Shown piece after piece: positions 39,937 through 49,122 of a stretch of DNA of 64,000 bases. The notes under the pieces are model-generated. The model was not told the DNA's origin. It ran no database searches and saw nothing but the letters and a program-made list of their open reading frames with translations. The stretch comes from a virus (taxonomy: Duplodnaviria > Caudoviricetes), in the IMG/VR virus record IMGVR_UViG_2830687482_000006, positions 11,083 to 75,082 of that record. One strand, written 5' to 3'. Position 1 is the first letter of the stretch; each line of letters opens with the position of its first letter. The translations under genes were made by a program, and so were the position numbers.

Positions 39937-40700
39937 ATTAAAAATTTTCCCATAAATAGCTCAGCGGCTGTAAGATTGAAAGAACCAACTCTGGTTCCGG
40001 CTTTTATTTCCTCCTCAGGAACTGTCCAGTAACTGTTGAGATGGTAGTACAAGCACAGCTCATTAAAAAGGTCAACAGTTATTTTTACTCTTTTAGGCCA
40101 CTCCTCATAAGTGACTGTCTCGAATCTCTGGAAGTCTTTGCTTTCAATACATTCTATAATTCTATGGCGAGTCTCCTTTGTCATGGCTTTGAAAGAAATT
40201 TCTCCAAATCCAGTGATTCCCGGGATACCATCTTTAGTGTCCCCCACGGAGGCTTTATATAGTAAGCACTCTTTGGCACTCATCCACTTCCACTTAGTGG
40301 AAATCATAGGAAGAAAAGCTTTCTCTGAATGTTGCCAATAGTCTCCATCGTTAGATTCAACTTTAAGTTTATGCTTAGTATGTAATTGTTCTATAAGAGT
40401 TCCTATAACATCATCAGCTTCCCAATTAGGACACTCAACTTGAATAGTAGGAGTAAACCTTAGTACTCCCTTGGCCATATCAAAAAACTTGTATCTACTT
40501 TCCTCTTTAGGTCTGCGATTCTGCTTATACGGAGGGAAAAGTTTCTTTCTTTGAAAATTACCGAAAGGTCCGTCCCAGACAATTATGGTTGTCTCATTGG
40601 GAGCACAGTACTTCGTAAAGATATGTCGGACGGGGTGAATTCCCCATCCGACAATTTCAGCTTCCCTGTGAAGCATGTTATTACCATCTATGATTTTCAT
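39933..40700 (-). CDS. 5'-3' exonuclease/flap endonuclease
   Basis: IDGNN, YKQNR, EADDVI, SNDGD, GDTKDGIPGITGFG. Confidence 0.93.
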   Translation of the reverse strand: MKIIDGNNMLHREAEIVGWGIHPVRHIFTKYCAPNETTIIVWDGPFGNFQRKKLFPPYKQNRRPKEESRYKFFDMAKGVLRFTPTIQVECPNWEADDVIGTLIEQLHTKHKLKVESNDGDYWQHSEKAFLPMISTKWKWMSAKECLLYKASVGDTKDGIPGITGFGEISFKAMTKETRHRIIECIESKDFQRFETVTYEEWPKRVKITVDLFNELCLYYHLNSYWTVPEEEIKAGTRVGSFNLTAAELFMGKFLI

Positions 40701-40993
40701 GATGGGTCAACTTGATAAAAAGGTTTACCATTCTTTGCTTTTTGTCGATCAAGGCTTTCCACAGCCGCGACGGCTATAGCCGCAACTTTAATCATACACT
40801 CCCGGAAAAGGGAGACTGTATCAGAATTAAGCGTGTAATAGCCATTGGACCAATTTGTGCTGTATTTGGAAATGTAAGTCAACCACATCCACGGTGTGTT
40901 TATAGCATCGTCAGAATGGTCTCCCCATCTATGTTGTTGACGAACTCTCTCAAGCCTAATCTCGTTAAGCACTGTGTTAGTTAGATTTCTCAT
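40697..40993 (-). CDS. All-alpha protein, possible MazG-like NTP pyrophosphatase
   Basis: EIRLERVRQ...WG and ECMIKVAAIAVAAVE patterns. Confidence 0.4.
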   Translation of the reverse strand: MRNLTNTVLNEIRLERVRQQHRWGDHSDDAINTPWMWLTYISKYSTNWSNGYYTLNSDTVSLFRECMIKVAAIAVAAVESLDRQKAKNGKPFYQVDPS

Positions 40994-40995
40994 CT

Positions 40996-43482
40996 CTATT
41001 TTCCTCGGGTATTAAAATCGACGGGGCAAGCACCTCCCGCACAGTCAATATGTTCTTTACCTATATCTTCGACTTGAACATTATTTATTTCTCTCAAGAT
41101 TTCCTCAAAACGAACCTTGGTCACTGGCTCTTCCGGAAGATATTCATAAGATTGACCTTCTTCTTGAGGCATAACAGAAGCACATCTTATTGTAGATTGC
41201 TGCTTCCTTATAATCTCAGAGAACTTCGATAAAGAGACTTCCTCAGGTTTGTACTTCAAAGTATAGCTAATTTGATTTCCAAACCTTACTTCACCATGTC
41301 TTGGGTCTTCATTTTCCACATACTCAATGACGGTGCCACCTTCTATCCAAAAAAACTCTCCAAGTCTCAACCACTCATACTGTTCTTCGGGAGTAGCATC
41401 TCCCGCTAGAACCAACTTATCTCCAATATCAAGAGAGGAAATTGCCGGGGCGGTCGGAAAACCCACAATGCTAGTGCCTTGATAAGTTTTCAAATTATGC
41501 CGAACTGGATACCCATTCTGCTCATATTCTTGAATATTGGGATCATCGTGCCTAAATTGTACCCACCGAAGATAGTGAGCTAATGCTGGTAAATGCCATC
41601 CTTCTGACAGGCCAAAAAGTTTACTGGTGGTGCCTGCGGGTTTAATTGTCATCACCGTATGAGGAACATTCATACCAAGTTTTGCTGAGTAAAATGCGGC
41701 ATGTCGAATGGTACTGCGAGAGAACTGTCCCTGTACTTCCCAAAAAGCCGCAGCCCTTTCCCTGTCCGAGAGAATATCTTTCCGCAACATATCTTCTACA
41801 ACTTCTAAATAACCCTCACTAAGACCGTAGTTTTCCATTTTAGAGAGGAATCCTTTGAAATCTGGATTTACCAAGTCTCTAAATCCTACACGAAAATATT
41901 TCCATGCGAATTCATGCACTCCAGTTTGACCTACACCAATTCTATTGGTTCTCTTAACCTCCTTGTTATAGACGCTATCCATTGAGTTGACTCGAATCAA
42001 AGCACGAGCTGCAACCTTGAAAGCATCCTCAGCCTCAGAAAGATTTTGAGCATGGTAGGCCACCACGTCTGCAATAACGCAGAAAGCACCATTAAGATAA
42101 AGCACAATTTCTCCACAAGGATTTACAATCATACAGTAATCTTTTTTATTAGCCCGAGCCGCTAAGCCAGCGAGAAGGATTCTAGTCTCCAAATCTACAC
42201 TGTATCGTGCTGAGCCTACATAATTACCATTCTCGTGTTTCTCGACACCTTCCCGCTTTTCCACCAGTTTGTCAAGGTTAATAAAGCCGGGTTCACCAGT
42301 GCCGTCCCCGTAGGAGCAGCGGGTAACCGCCTCGAATACTGCTCGGGCATGTTGTGTAAGTTTAGAATTGTAGTGAGGGTCATCAGGAGTCAACTCTAGT
42401 CGATGCCAGAAGTCAGCATCTACTCCGATGCTATTATTAGAAGACCAAAGGAAAGACATAAAATTGGCTTTTTCTCTAAGATTTTCTACCTGTTTGGCGC
42501 TCTTATTATAAAACTCAATGGGTCTCTTAATCTCGATAAAATCGAGAACCGTCTTATCTTTCCAATATTTTACAGCCATACGAGCCGCACGACGAGCACC
42601 ACCGACGAGCACTGGTTCAGCAAGATAATGATCCACATACATTGCCTGCATCCATCTCGGTAGACCAGCACCTTTCAAGGTGACCAATTTATGAATGGCC
42701 ATCATAAGTGGCACTGGACCGGATGAGGGTCTGTTCTGCATTCCTCCGATTGCGGCTCCTTGAGGCCGAACTTTTGAAAAGTCCAAAATAAGAATGCTAT
42801 CCTTGAAAGCTTTCTGGTAGGTCATAGTTTCAAGTTTCTCTAAGGCTTTTGCCCATCCTTCTCTACTATCTTCTACTTCAAACCAAATTACATCCTGACC
42901 ACGCCCATATTTATGTCTAGCGTCACGCACCGATTCATGTTCCTGAAAATTAAAGTCAGCGTGAGACTCATCTAAAACACACCGAACATTAGGCATGTAA
43001 TTCCAATCAACAAGCATCATATCATCATCGTAAACTCTACCAACACCACTACCATTAAGCAGGAGATAAAAAAGCATAAAACTGGTTGAAGCAGTGGAAC
43101 AATTAGTAAACACCTCCATATTTCGCTTACTCTGATTTATATCTCCATGTTGGAGATGGCGTCCAGACATGAGAATATTGGCATTGGCAATATGTTTTGC
43201 CAATAGCTCTTCTTCACCTTCTTCGGGATAGAGGCTCACATTACCTTGTGCTACTCGTTTTGCAACTTCATCCCAACTTTCCCAACGAACTCCAACAGGC
43301 TCTGCCTGATTAGTCTCATCAACTACAAATTCTTTACCATGTGTTTCGCAGTAGAGCTTTATATGATCATGATTAGGGTCATTCTGACTTACTTTCAAAG
43401 TCGAAGGATTGATTGGAATTTTACGAAGAATTGTACGTTCTGCTACTGCCTGCCCCATGCCGGGGTGGAATTGTCGTGCCAT
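40996..43482 (-). CDS. nrdJ: Class II (adenosylcobalamin-dependent) ribonucleotide reductase
   Basis: FTNCS, GGARRAA, GEPGF, NPCGE, TIKPAGT, C-terminal CAGGACP; no NrdB or NrdG in the window. Confidence 0.9.
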   Translation of the reverse strand: MARQFHPGMGQAVAERTILRKIPINPSTLKVSQNDPNHDHIKLYCETHGKEFVVDETNQAEPVGVRWESWDEVAKRVAQGNVSLYPEEGEEELLAKHIANANILMSGRHLQHGDINQSKRNMEVFTNCSTASTSFMLFYLLLNGSGVGRVYDDDMMLVDWNYMPNVRCVLDESHADFNFQEHESVRDARHKYGRGQDVIWFEVEDSREGWAKALEKLETMTYQKAFKDSILILDFSKVRPQGAAIGGMQNRPSSGPVPLMMAIHKLVTLKGAGLPRWMQAMYVDHYLAEPVLVGGARRAARMAVKYWKDKTVLDFIEIKRPIEFYNKSAKQVENLREKANFMSFLWSSNNSIGVDADFWHRLELTPDDPHYNSKLTQHARAVFEAVTRCSYGDGTGEPGFINLDKLVEKREGVEKHENGNYVGSARYSVDLETRILLAGLAARANKKDYCMIVNPCGEIVLYLNGAFCVIADVVAYHAQNLSEAEDAFKVAARALIRVNSMDSVYNKEVKRTNRIGVGQTGVHEFAWKYFRVGFRDLVNPDFKGFLSKMENYGLSEGYLEVVEDMLRKDILSDRERAAAFWEVQGQFSRSTIRHAAFYSAKLGMNVPHTVMTIKPAGTTSKLFGLSEGWHLPALAHYLRWVQFRHDDPNIQEYEQNGYPVRHNLKTYQGTSIVGFPTAPAISSLDIGDKLVLAGDATPEEQYEWLRLGEFFWIEGGTVIEYVENEDPRHGEVRFGNQISYTLKYKPEEVSLSKFSEIIRKQQSTIRCASVMPQEEGQSYEYLPEEPVTKVRFEEILREINNVQVEDIGKEHIDCAGGACPVDFNTRGK

Positions 43483-43540
43483 TATGATGGGTCTCCGAAT
43501 TAGGGGTTGATCTATAGTCGTAGATCATTTTAGTCTAGGA

Positions 43541-43576
43541 AAAAAGAGAAAATGAGGGGTGATAAGCTCACCCCTC
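43541..43576 (-). terminator. Rho-independent terminator after the SSB-like gene
   Basis: GAGGGGTGA-loop-TCACCCCTC stem followed on the - strand by ATTTTCTCTTTTT. Confidence 0.7.
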
Positions 43577-43597
43577 GGAAGCTGTTGACAAATTGAA

Positions 43598-44278
43598 TTA
43601 AGCCTTAGCAAATCCAACTACGCCCCAAGTGTAACTTGCGTTACTCTTTTCAATGTGGGAGGCACGGACTTGCACATTACCACTGAGGGCATCATTAGCG
43701 CCGACAACAACATCACCACTTTGAATCACCTCAGCCAAGAAGCTCTGGAATGCTCCAAAGCCTGTGACAGCCGTGGTGTATCCAATTTTCTTACCCGCCT
43801 CAATAGTTTGAGCACCCTGCTTAACCGGCTCAGACAAGACCATAAGAATGTCAGCCCCACGATATTGTTCAGCTGGCTCAGCCGCCCGAGCGTTTGCTTC
43901 TTGAACAGCTGTAGCCCACGGCTTTCCTGTTTTAGCCTCAGTTCGTCCGTCATAAGACTTAATATACTCGAACTTATTGCCCGGCAGTTTAACTCGAAGG
44001 CCAACAAACAATTTAACCTGTGAAAAATCAAGATCGGCAATAAAATCATCAATAACCGCCTTCTCAGTCTTAATGAGTTTTAGTCCGGTGTCTTTGACAT
44101 CGAGCCAAATGTCTGGCTGTAGGCCTCCTGATTTCAGGAACGAGGTTACACCCATATCCACAGGTGTGTTAGCACTTGGAGCTGTCAAAGCAGTAGTCTG
44201 GGCAGGTGTCTTTACTTCTGGGGTAGCTGCTGCGGCTGCTTCTGCTTCTGCGATTGCATCTTCGATACCATTACTCAT
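43598..44278 (-). CDS. Highly expressed hypothetical protein, candidate ssDNA-binding/annealing protein
   Basis: Biased codons, own terminator, replication context; beta-rich core. Confidence 0.35.
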   Translation of the reverse strand: MSNGIEDAIAEAEAAAAATPEVKTPAQTTALTAPSANTPVDMGVTSFLKSGGLQPDIWLDVKDTGLKLIKTEKAVIDDFIADLDFSQVKLFVGLRVKLPGNKFEYIKSYDGRTEAKTGKPWATAVQEANARAAEPAEQYRGADILMVLSEPVKQGAQTIEAGKKIGYTTAVTGFGAFQSFLAEVIQSGDVVVGANDALSGNVQVRASHIEKSNASYTWGVVGFAKA

Positions 44279-44290
44279 AATTTCAATTCC

Positions 44291-44743
44291 TCATTTATGT
44301 GATTCTTGTGTAATAGAGACTGCCTCTAAAAACACAAGAGTTTTACAAGCTTCAATTCCTTGAAGCAAGATAGGAGCTGTTATAATCAAGCGAGACTCTC
44401 CCGCGCCAACTCCTTCCTTTGGCCAAGCTATGCTTCCTCCTGCTCTCAGGTGGTTGCGTAGAGTGGCAAAAGCTTTTATGATTTCTAAGATGATATGGCC
44501 ATATGGACCATCGTAGCCAAAGTCAACTTCTTTTATTGGGTGACCAATAAGGTCGTCAAAGATATGTTCTGTCGGGGAAATTTTTGTAGGTATACCAACG
44601 GCGTTCGGACATCCTCTGGCTGCTGCTGATTGACCTATGAATCCTACACGTTGTAAGTTATCTTCAAATGCAAAGAGCACATCGGGATTCGCTTGAATGA
44701 GGGCTTTAGAGTAGCCTTCTACGATGATCACTCTTCCATTCAT
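44291..44743 (-). CDS. Uncharacterised phage family protein, macrodomain-like motif (paralogue 1)
   Basis: FAFEDNLQRVGFIGQSAAARGCPNAVGIPT...WPKEGVGAG; near-identical motif in 63442..63828. Confidence 0.55.
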   Translation of the reverse strand: MNGRVIIVEGYSKALIQANPDVLFAFEDNLQRVGFIGQSAAARGCPNAVGIPTKISPTEHIFDDLIGHPIKEVDFGYDGPYGHIILEIIKAFATLRNHLRAGGSIAWPKEGVGAGESRLIITAPILLQGIEACKTLVFLEAVSITQESHK

Positions 44744-45300
44744 TCGAAATAACCTAATATTTGATCCTGATAGTAACCTAAGGCTTTCTCATACATAGCT
44801 TGCATATCATTGTCAACCTTAAATGTTCTAACTCGATCATTACCCAAAGCATTGGCCCCATCAAGATGTTTTTGCAGATCATCCCAGAAATCGAAACGAT
44901 GCTCCGGATAGAAACCAAGTAGTGTTCGGATTACTTCTGCTTTTGGAGTGTTGCCCAATGTGAACACTCTCATTGGCCTAAGATCATAGCAATCAAGAAA
45001 TTCAAACATTCTCTTAATCGCATAATAGTCTGAACGAGCAGTAAGAATCATATAATTACCTGTCGCTTCACCAAACATAGGCCCCTGAGAGATGTTATCT
45101 CCCATTCTGTGCATGATTCCTTGCATACACATGTATCTCAAAGAGTGCTTTCTTTCATATTCTCCTCGTAAGCCCAGAAGCTCTGTCGCTTTCTCAATGA
45201 AAGCAACGTCTTTATCAGACTCAGGAAGCTGAAAAAGAGCCTCTTCTAAAGGAGAGCCTAAAACTCCATCGAAATCGAATAATTTGATTCTCTCCAGCAT
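44740..45300 (-). CDS. HAD-superfamily phosphatase
   Basis: FDFDG motif I, LTARS motif II, FWDD motif IV. Confidence 0.75.
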   Translation of the reverse strand: MLERIKLFDFDGVLGSPLEEALFQLPESDKDVAFIEKATELLGLRGEYERKHSLRYMCMQGIMHRMGDNISQGPMFGEATGNYMILTARSDYYAIKRMFEFLDCYDLRPMRVFTLGNTPKAEVIRTLLGFYPEHRFDFWDDLQKHLDGANALGNDRVRTFKVDNDMQAMYEKALGYYQDQILGYFE

Positions 45301-45349
45301 GGGTCTTATCCTTTCAAACGCTAAATCTTATAAAAATACCCTAAGTTGC

Positions 45350-45450
45350 ATACTTGTATTATATATTATTGTTTTTATTATATTTTATTTAACGCACTAC
45401 GACTTAAAAAATAATAAATATATAACTTAAGGCAAAAAACGTGTTTTTAT
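45350..45450. other. Very AT-rich tract, candidate replication origin/unwinding element
   Basis: TATTATATATTATTGTTTTTATTATATTTTATTT and AAAAAATAATAAATATATAA stand out against flanking DNA. Confidence 0.35.
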
Positions 45451-46638
45451 ATGATCAAAAGTTTCGTTCAACATCCACTCCCTCAAACTGGCTCCCGACA
45501 CCGGGACATAGTAGTTTTCTAACTCCTCGAATTGTTCCCAATCTTCTCTAAGGAGTCTAGCCATATCTTTGAATTGTTTCCAATTAAGTTTGCTTAGCAG
45601 CGCTCTGTGGTCAAAACGACCTGATCGAGTTAGTGCGGAGTCCAACACCTCTGGACAGTTTGTCGTAGCAATAATGATCAGACCTTCCGGAGTAACTAAG
45701 CCATCTAGTAAATTCAACATGCTGCTCAACGCAATCGTTTTTGATTGATTTTTTCGATCAACCGCTATCCGACTAACATCAATATCCTCTAAAACTAAAA
45801 TCACATTGCTCCAATTGATTTGGTTTGATATCAGATTCGATAATTCCGCATCATTTTCTATCGCTGCTAAATTCAGAAAAGCTATTTCTCTACCAGATTC
45901 GGAAGCTAAAGCGTGTATCAAAGAAGTCTTTCCGGTTCCGGGTTCTCCTTCTAAAAGAATACCCATATGCCAAGGAATACCCTTGCGCTGATATTCTTCT
46001 TGTTTGTTAGAAAATTCTCTAATTTTTTCTAATAGATCATAACCCACATCATCAGTAGTAAAGACAGTATTCATTCCTCTCCTAGAGATTTTAGTTCCTA
46101 TTTTCCAGCTTGATCCCCAGTTTACTCTGATCGTAACTTTATCGGAAAATACTCTTTTCCGTAGAAGAATGGAAATTTCTTCTGAAAGTTTTTCTACTGG
46201 ACGCGCAGAACGTCCAAAGAATTGGACTGTTAATATTTCTTTGAAGTTATTTGTCTGTGTGTTTTCCTCAAGAGTTCTAGTTACAATTACTGGGTAACCT
46301 TCATACCATCCCCAATGACTACCATACCCAATACTAACTCCAGTGAATATTTCTTCATTTCTTTCCTCAACATTGTTCCATAAATATAGAGTATCATAAG
46401 AAAATCCCCTGGATAACTTAGGAAGAATTATTTTATCAAGTATTAACTTGTTTACAACGACATACTGATCCATATCTGATTTGAATGTTATAGTATAGGT
46501 GAACATATTTTTGATTGAGCTATAAACTTTTTCAGGAAGTTCTCTCAAAGCGTACATTAAGGCCGTGGTAGGAGCAGCTAAAATAACACCTTGAGCTACT
46601 TGATTTGTTTTAATTACCTCTATAAGCCAGTCTATCAT
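45427..46638 (-). CDS. BCS1-like membrane-anchored AAA+ ATPase
   Basis: N-terminal hydrophobic segment; GILLEGEPGTGKTS, LEDID, LNLLDGL, TTN, ALTRSGRFD. Confidence 0.85.
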   Translation of the reverse strand: MIDWLIEVIKTNQVAQGVILAAPTTALMYALRELPEKVYSSIKNMFTYTITFKSDMDQYVVVNKLILDKIILPKLSRGFSYDTLYLWNNVEERNEEIFTGVSIGYGSHWGWYEGYPVIVTRTLEENTQTNNFKEILTVQFFGRSARPVEKLSEEISILLRKRVFSDKVTIRVNWGSSWKIGTKISRRGMNTVFTTDDVGYDLLEKIREFSNKQEEYQRKGIPWHMGILLEGEPGTGKTSLIHALASESGREIAFLNLAAIENDAELSNLISNQINWSNVILVLEDIDVSRIAVDRKNQSKTIALSSMLNLLDGLVTPEGLIIIATTNCPEVLDSALTRSGRFDHRALLSKLNWKQFKDMARLLREDWEQFEELENYYVPVSGASLREWMLNETFDHIKTRFLP

Positions 46639-48017
46639 GTTAGGCCTTTCACATTCTGCATGACAGTATTAGAGAGATTTTCTTTCACAATCACAATTTT
46701 TCTGACTTTCTGGTCTACAGACCTCTCATATTCTAAGAAATAAATTGTTAGAGGAAACTGCCTCAATTCTCGTTCACCTCTACGTATAGATTGTTCAAGA
46801 TTTGAATCCAAATAATCCAAACTGGTGTAGACAATGATTTTAGTTCTTTGCCAGTTCCAGCCCGTTGAGGCTACCGCAGGGGTGGCACATATTGCATCAA
46901 GCTCTCCAGTCTGATAGGCTTCATCAACCGCTACTCGCTCCTTATGTGGGATTTTTCCGTGCATAACACCTACTTTGAGACCTAAATCTCTGAGGATTTG
47001 AGCATTAGCTTCAACCTCATCCGGCATTGACGAAAAGACAATCATACCTGACTCCGCAATTCCTTCCAAATATTCTTGTTTCGAAGTTTTCTCTTCGATT
47101 CCAAATATTTGTGGGCAATTGATAATTTGTCTAGCTCTCATAGTAGCAACACCGGGGTTAGTGCCGTCTAACATGAGTCCGTCTAGTTCTACACAAGCCA
47201 TTTGATCAAATTCGTCATATGCCTCACGCATTTTAGGTTTCATTTCAAGATCATCAATAATGATGATGTCTCTATCCTGATCGCCATGAATATCTTTCCA
47301 GAGACGACGAACTCCATGACGATTGAGAATTTCGGTCACTTTTTCCTCATTAACCCAATACAAGACTTTACCATAATCATCTACGAAACCGGCATGCTGT
47401 GCCAAGAACCCTTGGTAAGAGCCGTAATAGCTCGGCTCGATGATATGAGTCGCAGCAAAGCAACTGTCCAGACGTCCATCAATTGGAGTCCCGGTGCAGT
47501 AGTAGAATCCCTTACAGTAGTCCATCAGTTTATAAAGTTCAGCTGAGGCTTTGCTGTTATAGGTTTTGTAGCCTAAATGTCCTTCATCTACAATTACTAA
47601 ATCTATCTCTGGATGAAGATCAATTAAGTCAGTCCAATGATTTTTTAGAAACGTGAAACCTACGCAAAAAACCTTAGCATCTGGATCATCTATATAATTG
47701 ATGTAACCTGTCTCTTGACAAGCATTACTATATGCTCTTCGTTTGTGGGGTCCCAAAACCTCGTGAGCTTTTTCCAGAACCACCACTTCCTCAGGCTTAA
47801 ATCCTGTGAATCGTATAACCTCTAAGCGATTTTTGGAGCGAAGGTGATTGGGCTGCACAATAATTGTTTTTTTCGCTTTCTTTGTCCAATAATAATACGA
47901 CAAAGCACAAAAAATAGGTGTCTTACCTGTACCCGGTTCGGAGATGTTCAGCGAACGAGGATTACGAATAGCAACCGCAAGGTCTGCTATCTGGGTTGCT
48001 TTAAGAGTTGCTGTCAT
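46635..48017 (-). CDS. SF2 (SNF2-like) DNA helicase
   Basis: EPGTGKT, DEGH, TGTP, STGWN, QSIRRGER. Confidence 0.9.
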   Translation of the reverse strand: MTATLKATQIADLAVAIRNPRSLNISEPGTGKTPIFCALSYYYWTKKAKKTIIVQPNHLRSKNRLEVIRFTGFKPEEVVVLEKAHEVLGPHKRRAYSNACQETGYINYIDDPDAKVFCVGFTFLKNHWTDLIDLHPEIDLVIVDEGHLGYKTYNSKASAELYKLMDYCKGFYYCTGTPIDGRLDSCFAATHIIEPSYYGSYQGFLAQHAGFVDDYGKVLYWVNEEKVTEILNRHGVRRLWKDIHGDQDRDIIIIDDLEMKPKMREAYDEFDQMACVELDGLMLDGTNPGVATMRARQIINCPQIFGIEEKTSKQEYLEGIAESGMIVFSSMPDEVEANAQILRDLGLKVGVMHGKIPHKERVAVDEAYQTGELDAICATPAVASTGWNWQRTKIIVYTSLDYLDSNLEQSIRRGERELRQFPLTIYFLEYERSVDQKVRKIVIVKENLSNTVMQNVKGLT

Positions 48018-48205
48018 AAATATTTTGCAACAAGCTTACCAGCTTCTGTGAGAGTTCCAGAGCGATAGTTGGAAAAACCTTGCTCTGCTAAATACTCCCA
48101 GAGGGCGGCTGCTTCTGCTCCTTTCGGTTTATAGCTACCATTAAGTGTTTGGATTTCTATTTTGATCAGATTTCTAGCGTAATATCTTGCTTGAATTTCT
48201 TCCAT
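48014..48205 (-). CDS. Small hypothetical protein
   Basis: Start probably ATG 48205 (MEEIQARYY). Confidence 0.4.
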   Translation of the reverse strand: MEEIQARYYARNLIKIEIQTLNGSYKPKGAEAAALWEYLAEQGFSNYRSGTLTEAGKLVAKYL

Positions 48206-48322
48206 AAAAATTCTACAAAGCCTAGCGATGCTTTTGGACAGAAAGAATATTCCCACCGTCTAGTATATTGTTTTCCATTGAAAGTGTAACCGGTAAGAAG
48301 TTTTTGAGGTCTGGGGTAGCTA

Positions 48323-48499
48323 TTATCCACATAACTCCTCCTTAAAGGACTTACAGAAATCAGATAATTTAATTGAGCTTGATCTTCTCCATATTTTTGT
48401 GATCATTTTACCTTCAAAGTAAGTTGTCACAATAATTGGAGGATAAAGCTCTGGAGCCATTAGCGCGTAAAATTTGAAATCCTTAAAAGGATGAATCAT
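48323..48499 (-). CDS. Small hypothetical protein (58 aa, below track cutoff)
   Basis: MIHPFKDFKFYALMAPELYPP...CG* just downstream of tRNA-His. Confidence 0.35.
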   Translation of the reverse strand: MIHPFKDFKFYALMAPELYPPIIVTTYFEGKMITKIWRRSSSIKLSDFCKSFKEELCG

Positions 48500-48515
48500 G
48501 ATCTAATCCTTAGAT

Positions 48516-48591
48516 TGGGGTGAAGTTCGGGTAACGATCCCGATACTCAGGCTTCACAAACCCGCGTGTATCCCTCAACACTTACAACACC
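48516..48591 (-). tRNA. tRNA-His(GUG), G-1:C73 type, atypical
   Basis: Anticodon arm CGGGT-TTGTGAA-GCCTG, encoded CCA; two U-U mismatches in acceptor; T-loop ATCGTTA. Confidence 0.8.
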
Positions 48592-48597
48592 ATAAAT

Positions 48598-48673
48598 TGG
48601 CACAGGCACAAAGACTCGAACTTTGCTCTTCGGTTTTGGAGACCGATACATCACCTCTAAATGCTTTACCTGC
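48598..48673 (-). tRNA. tRNA-Trp(CCA)
   Basis: TCGGT-CTCCAAA-ACCGA arm, TTCGAGT T-loop, CCA. Confidence 0.9.
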
Positions 48674-48759
48674 TCTACAGGTACCTCCTAAACCATCCAC
48701 TCTAGTCATTTTACACTCACAAGGAGGACCATGAGGGCATCGTGCTGGGTAGATATACT

Positions 48760-48834
48760 TGGTAGTTCCGGAGAGATTCGAACTCTCACCCCGGCCCTTA
48801 TGAGGGGCTGGCTCTACCATTGAGCTACGGAACT
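48760..48834 (-). tRNA. tRNA-CAU (Met elongator or Ile2)
   Basis: AGTTCCG/CGGAACT acceptor, CTCATAA loop, CCA. Confidence 0.9.
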
Positions 48835-48930
48835 ACAGATTTTCATAGACCTAATGAGCCAGTCAAAATGGGAGAACCAGAGCAGCGGGGAAATCCTCGA
48901 AGAGATTGGACATTCTAATTCTCCTAAAAA

Positions 48931-49021
48931 TGGTCTGGAAGGTCAGATTCGAACTGACAAGGGATATTACTCCACCCGCTTCCAAAGCGGGACCGCTACC
49001 TGATTACGGGCCTACTCCCAG
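48931..49021 (-). tRNA. tRNA-Pro(UGG) with long variable arm (91 nt)
   Basis: C1-G72, A73, CCCGC-TTTGGAA-GCGGG arm, 16-nt variable region, GTCAG-TTCGAAT-CTGAC T-arm. Confidence 0.85.
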
Positions 49022-49028
49022 AGAAATT

Positions 49029-49105
49029 TGGCTGACCATGTAGGACTCGAACCTACCATATGCAGATTAACAGTCTGCCCCGTCCACCTTGTTCGGCTAT
49101 GGCCA
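49029..49105 (-). tRNA. tRNA-Asn(GUU)
   Basis: GCAGA-CTGTTAA-TCTGC arm, G73, CCA. Confidence 0.88.
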
Positions 49106-49122
49106 TCATTGCTTGAAAATTT

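Noticed and set aside
43330-43430. Insertion near the N-terminus of NrdJ as an intein or intron
   Set aside because: About 40 aa, in frame, with no C/S...HN splice residues or endonuclease motifs.
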